Virus record (IMG/VR): IMGVR_UViG_3300035670_000058
Span: 50,681-114,680 of that record
Origin: a virus
Length of the DNA: 64,000 nucleotides
Strand: one strand, 5' to 3'
The position numbers and the translations under genes were made by a program. This document shows positions 58,000 to 64,000 of this stretch, piece by piece (within the stretch, counting starts at the first letter, position 1; every line of letters starts with the position of its first letter). Below the pieces are notes generated by a model. That model did no database searches. It saw only the letters and a program-made list of their open reading frames with translations, and had not been told where the DNA came from.

Positions 58000-60900
58000 C
58001 TATAGAGTATGTAGGTGCAGCATCTGCCGCGAGTAACAGCGTAAGTCTACCCACGTTCCAAGCGGGCGATGTCGCTATCGTCGTGGCGTATCGGAGCGGT
58101 AGCGAAACGCCGCCGACGCTACCGTCTGGCTGGGTCAACGCCAAAACCGCAGCAGCAACAAACAGTACCCGGGCTGGCTACCGTCTGCTCCAGACGGGTG
58201 ACACGTCCACGGGAACGTGGACAAACGCGACGGGCATCACGGTATCGGTCTGGCGTGGAGTCGATCAGCGATACCCGCTGATGAACGAATACACCGTCGC
58301 CTATGCTAGTACCAGCGCATCGTTGAGCGCGATGGGGAGCAACCCGTACCCGGGGGTTACGGCGCTTGTTGGATATACCACCGGGTCATGGTCGTTCAGT
58401 GGGACAAACTGGACAAACCACACCGGAACTGGGTCAGCGCATCTGGCCGCGTCTACAGACACAAACCCCATCCCTGACGTTTCCACTACCGGAACGACCG
58501 GCTCAGGCGGCGCTCTGTGGGTCGGCCTCCGCGAGCCGTCATCTTTCCCCATCATCGCGGACCCGGACACCACTTCTGGCACAGTCACAAGTAACTCCTC
58601 GTCGTGGACCCTGACCTATCCCACGAACATCGCGGCAGGGGACCTGCTGGTCGGGCTGGTGGCGACGGACGGGACCAACTCACCGCTTGACGTTACTCCG
58701 CCCTCTGGCTGGACTACTGGCGGCATCAGCGCCGGAGCGAACTCCCTTGTTGTGTTGCTCAAAGAGGCGGGTGGTTCGGAGTCTGGGACGTTCACGTTCA
58801 CGCTCTGGAATAACGAGCAAGGCGCATGGGTCATCTACCGCATCCCCGCCGGAACATGGTACGGAGGCAGCGCCGGGACGCCTGACACGGGCGGTCTCTG
58901 GACCACCCAGTTCGACACGGACAGCCTTGCTGGCCTAACTTCCACGGGTGCGACCGTCAACCCCGACCCACCTGTTCTCAACCCCGCCAACTGGGATGCC
59001 GAGAACACCCTCTGGATCGCCGCCGCATCGGTAGATACCAGCCGCACCATCTCCGCGTTCCCCTCGGGGATGACGAACACGGGGTCGCTGGTATCGGGCG
59101 GCTCGAACGGCGCATCGCTGGGCTATGCGCGGCTGGAAGCCGGGAACAGCCAGATTGGCGCAACGCAGGACACGGCTACAGCCTATGCGATTGGCTCCGG
59201 TTCAGCTAATACCTACGCACAGTCGTTCATTGCCACCGGAAACACCCTGTCCTCGTTCTCGCTTGCGCTTCGGAAGGCTGGAACTCCGGGCCATAGCGTC
59301 CTTTCATTCACCATAAAGGCGGATAGCAGCGGGCAACCGGCAGCCGGAAGCCTGTGGGTCTATCCATCGAACGACATCTATGCCGACGAACTATCTGCAT
59401 CGTGGCAGACGCTCACGTTCTCGCCGGGATTGGCGCTGACCGTTGGAACGAAATACTGGATCACGGTTGGTACGGTTGCGACCGTCGAAATCTGTGGGTC
59501 CCTAGATGACTATGCGTCAGGAGCCGCACAGAACAGTCTTAGCTGGGGAACCGATCAGGCATACGACCTTTACTTCAATGCCTCATTCGGATTTGCCTCC
59601 TACGACCCCGACACGTTCACGATCAGCAACTCCGACGACTGGGCTGCGGCGACCATTGCTATCCGACCAAAAGCACCCCCCATATCTGTTGTAGCACAAG
59701 CACAAGCACAGATTACTAGCGGGGGAGCAACAACATATACTACCTATGCACAAAGCCAAGCAGATATCAAGCAAACGTATCAGGTATACGGACAATCTAG
59801 GGCAGTTATTCTAAACGATAAAATTCATATTAGAAACCACTATGCTGCTAATACTGATGCTGCTTCCACAACACTAGCTATTACAATTGAAGAGCCTGTT
59901 GCTAACTCTACACTAGTTATAGGATTTATTGCTGATCTTTTAAATGGGGCAAATGTAACAATTACGGGTGGAGGAAAAACGTGGACTCCAGTAAGTAATT
60001 CCTACATACAAGATGATATTGAAGCCCGATTTTTTAGACAAACTGCAACAACCGATGCTTCAAGTCTTACGCAACTTACACTTTCTTGGGTTAGTCCTGA
60101 TGCAGACCTTATGGTCAGTGTTTGGGAATTGGTCAATGCCACGATTGTCCCTATTATAGAAACTGGACAGGCTGGTCTAGTAAGTGACGGAACAATGGAT
60201 TTAATTACTGTACCAGTATCTGGAACAGGGATTATAAACCCAAGAATTTATTTTGCAATTATAGGGTCAAGTTATGGTATCTCTAACTATGATTTTGATA
60301 ATCCAACTGCTACATATATATATCCATTAGAAACTTATGCTTTTGGTAGTTCCAGAGCCTTTACTTATATTTACTATATTGATGATAGCATAGAAGGTAT
60401 TGGAGAATACGTTTTAGGCGTGTATGATACCACTGTTGGAACAGAGTATGCAACGGCACTTGTTCGATTTGATCAATATAGACAACAAATTGGTCAAGCA
60501 CAAGCATATATTGGAACACCCGTTGCTATTAATCGTGGATATGCACAAGCCCAAGCGAATATTTTAACTACGTACAATTCCTCTGCCCAAGCACAGGCAC
60601 GCATTCTTGCCACCTATCAAGGATTCGCGCAAGGAAATGCTTGGATTAAAATAACGCAGTACGGGTACGCACAAGCAAATTCTAGTATTATTGTCACTTC
60701 ACAAGTATTCGCTCAATCTCAAGTAAATATTCTTGCCACAAATGTTGTAGTTGCTCAAGCACAGGCTAGTATAAAGGCTTCCTACCAGTCCTATGCACAG
60801 GTACAAGCACAACTTATCTTGAGGGGAAGAGGAGTTGCGAATGCACAGGCAGTTATTGATACGGGTATCTACCAAGCAACAGATACCTATACACGAACAA

Positions 60901-62822
60901 TAACAGACGGGTGGGGAACCGCTGATCCTGGTGGCGATTGGGTACTTTCAGGTATAGGAAATTATTCCATCGCAGACTGGGATACAACTGGAACCACTGG
61001 AACAGTTTTATTAGCATCAGGCGGAAACTATGCTAGAGAGGCTGCACTACCAAAAGTTTATTTTGGCCGTATAGCGGAACTTTCAGTAGATTTCCTAATT
61101 CCAGATTTAACAGGAGTGCTTACACGTCCAAGAATTAAATTTAACCTCGGACCCCCCAATATAGAAAATTCAACTACTATACTTATTAATCCGACTACCT
61201 ATGCAACAACTGTCTACATTACTAGTGTTGGTGGCACAGACGCTCCTAGCGGTCCAACAATAACCCCTAATGAATTTTGGACGCTTAAACTACAGGCAGT
61301 TACTCATGCAATTGGTTCTGCTACTGTTAGAGTAAAACTGTATAAAACTGCTGATGGAGAAACTGTTGACTGGATAGGTACCAATTTAAATACATTTGGA
61401 GGAGTTCAAACTGTAAACTTTGGACAGCCACGATTAGTGGTAAGTTCTAACGAAGGTTCTCTAGGTACAAATGTACTCTTTACTTTTGACAACTTCAATG
61501 TCACTAAACTTTCTGGTTGGCGAGAAAATAAATTTGCCCAAGCAAGGGCCAGAATAAAGGGAATTGTTCCCAACCATGCTCAGGCTCAAGCACAGATCAA
61601 ACAAACGTATACTACCTACGCACAAGCCCAAGCACAAATCCTTGTACCAACAAATACATATACAACGTATGCTCAGGCACAAACTTGGCTGAAAGTTACG
61701 GGTAACGTAACATTCGCACAAGCGCAATCCAATATCAAGCAAATATATCAAGGCTATGCACAGAGCCAAGCAAGAATAAAGCAAACCTATCAGGCATATG
61801 CTCAAAGCCAAGCAACCATTATATCGACGTATGCAGTATTTGCTCAAGTACAGGCTAACGTAAAGTCAACGTATCAGTCATATGCTCAGGCACAAGGAAC
61901 TATTAAACAAACTTCACAGAGTTACTCTAATACACAGACACTAATCAAACAATTCTATCAAGTATATGCTCAAGCATCTGCATGGATAGAAATAACTGCT
62001 AGTGTTTTTGCTCAAGCACAAACAGGTATTAAAACAACCTATCAAATTTTTGGTCAAGCACAAGCAGATATCAAACAGACTTACGTTCAATATGCTCAGG
62101 CTCAAGCACAAGTCAAGCAAACATATTCGGTCTATGCTCAATCTCAAGCACAGATAATTCAGACCTACCAAGATTATGCGCAAGCACTTGCTTGGATTGT
62201 CACAACGCAACAAGGCTACGCACAAGCACAGGGTACGATTCTTGCCGCATCAAATGCCTATGCCCAAGCAGAAGCAAAGATTCTAGGTCAAGCCACTATT
62301 ACAGATGCCTACGCACAGGCACAAAGCACCGTGCTGCAAGCCTACCAAGTCTCTGCTCAGGCTCAGGCTCAAGTTCTGACAACGTATGTAGCGCATGCAC
62401 AAGCGGCTTCATGGATCAGGCACTCATATGAGGCGTTTGCAAGCACTCAAAGCACAATAAAAACTACCTACAATGCATTTGCACAAAGTCAAACCGATAT
62501 CAAGCAAGCCTATCAAGTCTATGCAAATGCACAGGCACAGATCAAGACAACATATCAAGTATTTGCGCAAGCAGATACTGCTATCAAGCAGACATACACG
62601 GTAAGTGCAAACGCGCAAGCAACAATCAAAGCAACATATAGTGCATCTGCTCAAGCAAATGCGTACATCTTCACAACATTCGCAAGTGTAGCACAGGCAC
62701 AGGCTGCAATACTTGCAACGATCAACGCATCGGCACAAGCGTTGGCATACATCTATATGCCACAGATTAGTCGTCCAGTTGCTGATATAGAAACAGCCGG
62801 ATGGCTAAGGGTGGTGATATAG
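57996..62822 (+). CDS. large virion fibre/adhesin-like protein with ~15-aa AQAQA repeats
   Basis: about 1608 aa; beta-rich globular segments separated by (YAQAQAxIKQTYQV)-like repeats. Confidence 0.75.
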   Translation: MTIEYVGAASAASNSVSLPTFQAGDVAIVVAYRSGSETPPTLPSGWVNAKTAAATNSTRAGYRLLQTGDTSTGTWTNATGITVSVWRGVDQRYPLMNEYTVAYASTSASLSAMGSNPYPGVTALVGYTTGSWSFSGTNWTNHTGTGSAHLAASTDTNPIPDVSTTGTTGSGGALWVGLREPSSFPIIADPDTTSGTVTSNSSSWTLTYPTNIAAGDLLVGLVATDGTNSPLDVTPPSGWTTGGISAGANSLVVLLKEAGGSESGTFTFTLWNNEQGAWVIYRIPAGTWYGGSAGTPDTGGLWTTQFDTDSLAGLTSTGATVNPDPPVLNPANWDAENTLWIAAASVDTSRTISAFPSGMTNTGSLVSGGSNGASLGYARLEAGNSQIGATQDTATAYAIGSGSANTYAQSFIATGNTLSSFSLALRKAGTPGHSVLSFTIKADSSGQPAAGSLWVYPSNDIYADELSASWQTLTFSPGLALTVGTKYWITVGTVATVEICGSLDDYASGAAQNSLSWGTDQAYDLYFNASFGFASYDPDTFTISNSDDWAAATIAIRPKAPPISVVAQAQAQITSGGATTYTTYAQSQADIKQTYQVYGQSRAVILNDKIHIRNHYAANTDAASTTLAITIEEPVANSTLVIGFIADLLNGANVTITGGGKTWTPVSNSYIQDDIEARFFRQTATTDASSLTQLTLSWVSPDADLMVSVWELVNATIVPIIETGQAGLVSDGTMDLITVPVSGTGIINPRIYFAIIGSSYGISNYDFDNPTATYIYPLETYAFGSSRAFTYIYYIDDSIEGIGEYVLGVYDTTVGTEYATALVRFDQYRQQIGQAQAYIGTPVAINRGYAQAQANILTTYNSSAQAQARILATYQGFAQGNAWIKITQYGYAQANSSIIVTSQVFAQSQVNILATNVVVAQAQASIKASYQSYAQVQAQLILRGRGVANAQAVIDTGIYQATDTYTRTITDGWGTADPGGDWVLSGIGNYSIADWDTTGTTGTVLLASGGNYAREAALPKVYFGRIAELSVDFLIPDLTGVLTRPRIKFNLGPPNIENSTTILINPTTYATTVYITSVGGTDAPSGPTITPNEFWTLKLQAVTHAIGSATVRVKLYKTADGETVDWIGTNLNTFGGVQTVNFGQPRLVVSSNEGSLGTNVLFTFDNFNVTKLSGWRENKFAQARARIKGIVPNHAQAQAQIKQTYTTYAQAQAQILVPTNTYTTYAQAQTWLKVTGNVTFAQAQSNIKQIYQGYAQSQARIKQTYQAYAQSQATIISTYAVFAQVQANVKSTYQSYAQAQGTIKQTSQSYSNTQTLIKQFYQVYAQASAWIEITASVFAQAQTGIKTTYQIFGQAQADIKQTYVQYAQAQAQVKQTYSVYAQSQAQIIQTYQDYAQALAWIVTTQQGYAQAQGTILAASNAYAQAEAKILGQATITDAYAQAQSTVLQAYQVSAQAQAQVLTTYVAHAQAASWIRHSYEAFASTQSTIKTTYNAFAQSQTDIKQAYQVYANAQAQIKTTYQVFAQADTAIKQTYTVSANAQATIKATYSASAQANAYIFTTFASVAQAQAAILATINASAQALAYIYMPQISRPVADIETAGWLRVVI

Positions 62823-64000
62823 ATGCCTATTTTGACAAAAGCTGCTAACTCCTTTGCTGTTCTCAGCGGTTCATGGACCGGGCAAACAAATGCCTACGGT
62901 ACAACTAGTGACGACCAGTATGCTACACATACCCAAGCCGCCAGAAATGGTACTGCTGAAATACGGTATGGCTTCCCATCATATACCACATCAGATATCC
63001 CTGATGGCTCTACCATCAACTCCGTAAAGGTGAGCGCAGAGGTTGGATTGAGCGCAAGCATCGGAAGCGTCATTGATATCACTATTGAAAACCCATCTGG
63101 AACCGATGTTGGAAGCACTGGTGAGTATTCAAACAGTACAGCAGATCAGGTAATTGAATCTACTGCTACAACGATTCCAACGCTTCAGAATCTTCGGGAT
63201 CAAACAGTCAATGCACACTTCTTATATGACCGCGCAAATAGTCCCACATCAGAAACAATCAGAATCGATTATGTATCTATTACAGTAGACTATACTCCCG
63301 GTGCTACTAGCGCTCAGGGATTTAGTCAGGCTCAAGCAACTATTGAGCAAACGTATTTTGCATCTGCACAAACAAATGCTTATATAATACTGCATCTTCA
63401 ACAGTATGCACAAGCAGAAGCGTCTATTGAACTAGCCCATACAGAGGTATACGTATCTGCACAATCTCAAGCCGCTATGCTTAATGCATATCAAGGATTT
63501 GCACAATCTCAGGCAGACATTCTTATAACGGAACAGGGCTATGCTCAGGTTGAAGCATCTATACTTACCACATATCAGGTATTTGCTCAAGCACAGACAG
63601 CAGTTGTCGTAACTCAGCAGGGAGTTGCACAAGCACAGTCTTCAATCAACCAGACGTATAACAGTTATGCTCAAGCAAACGCTTGGATAGAAACTACCTA
63701 TCAAGGCTATGGACAGGCACAGACGAATATCAAGCAAATGTATAATATATTTGCCAATAGTGCCGCAACTGTAAAGTCTATTTATCAATCTTATGCTCAG
63801 ACTAACGCTTGGATAGAAGCAGCATATAACGGATATGGACAAGCACAGGCTCAAATCCAAACAACATATAATGGTTATGCTCAAGGACAGGCAACAATCT
63901 TTGCAGCCTATCAGGGATATGCTCAAGCCGCAGGAACCTTGCTTGCATCTATGTATGCAGTTGCACAGGCAGAGGCTAAAGTTTACGTCCAACTCTCAAC
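62823..64000 (+). CDS. second AQAQA-repeat fibre-like protein (runs off the window)
   Basis: MPILTKAANSFAV... open to the window end; same repeat from about 63310. Confidence 0.7.
   Translation, partial: MPILTKAANSFAVLSGSWTGQTNAYGTTSDDQYATHTQAARNGTAEIRYGFPSYTTSDIPDGSTINSVKVSAEVGLSASIGSVIDITIENPSGTDVGSTGEYSNSTADQVIESTATTIPTLQNLRDQTVNAHFLYDRANSPTSETIRIDYVSITVDYTPGATSAQGFSQAQATIEQTYFASAQTNAYIILHLQQYAQAEASIELAHTEVYVSAQSQAAMLNAYQGFAQSQADILITEQGYAQVEASILTTYQVFAQAQTAVVVTQQGVAQAQSSINQTYNSYAQANAWIETTYQGYGQAQTNIKQMYNIFANSAATVKSIYQSYAQTNAWIEAAYNGYGQAQAQIQTTYNGYAQGQATIFAAYQGYAQAAGTLLASMYAVAQAEAKVYVQLS

Noticed and set aside
61461-63992. Cys/Leu-rich minus-strand ORFs
   Set aside because: Antisense shadows of the AQAQA repeat codons
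57996-64000. Diversity-generating retroelement acting on the fibre genes
   Set aside because: No reverse transcriptase and no template/variable repeat pair with adenine-specific differences seen in the window
1-64000. Stop-codon reassignment
   Set aside because: Core genes are full length under the standard code and no suppressor tRNA was found

Overview
A 64-kb slice of a large tailed dsDNA bacteriophage genome. The host is not determinable from the sequence; the lytic transglycosylase resembles actinobacterial types. Layout: (1) 0-6.7 kb, + strand: two nucleotide-kinase paralogs, three short C5-cytosine methyltransferases, LAGLIDADG and GIY-YIG endonucleases, and an exonuclease. (2) 6.8-14.6 kb, - strand: RuvB-like ATPase, DUF2786-like and HTH proteins. 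(3) 15.3-27.7 kb, + strand: dozens of small, often acidic, early-type genes and a tRNA-Lys. (4) 27.9-35.4 kb: a striking array with a period of about 760 bp. A conserved same-strand non-coding module (paired AGCCAAT[A/G]GA boxes, GAATTGAATT, GTTCTGTTCCTGT, GCCGGC) alternates with single GC-rich mini-genes in either orientation. (5) 35.4-36.3 kb: a terminus-like repeat and a long, hairpin-rich non-coding stretch. (6) 39-44.5 kb: class II RNR, primase and family A DNA polymerase. (7) 44.8-49 kb: a tRNA cluster containing a Ro60/TROVE gene, followed by four Y-RNA-like elements that share one scaffold but carry different cargoes, including a circularly permuted tRNA-Pro. (8) 49-56.6 kb: glycosyl/methyltransferase cluster, ThyX and more tRNAs. 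(9) 57.9-64 kb: very large AQAQA-repeat virion fibre-like proteins. The best candidates for an undescribed system are the Ro60 plus modular Y-RNA array and the ~760-bp periodic cassette array. All calls were made by eye, without database searches.
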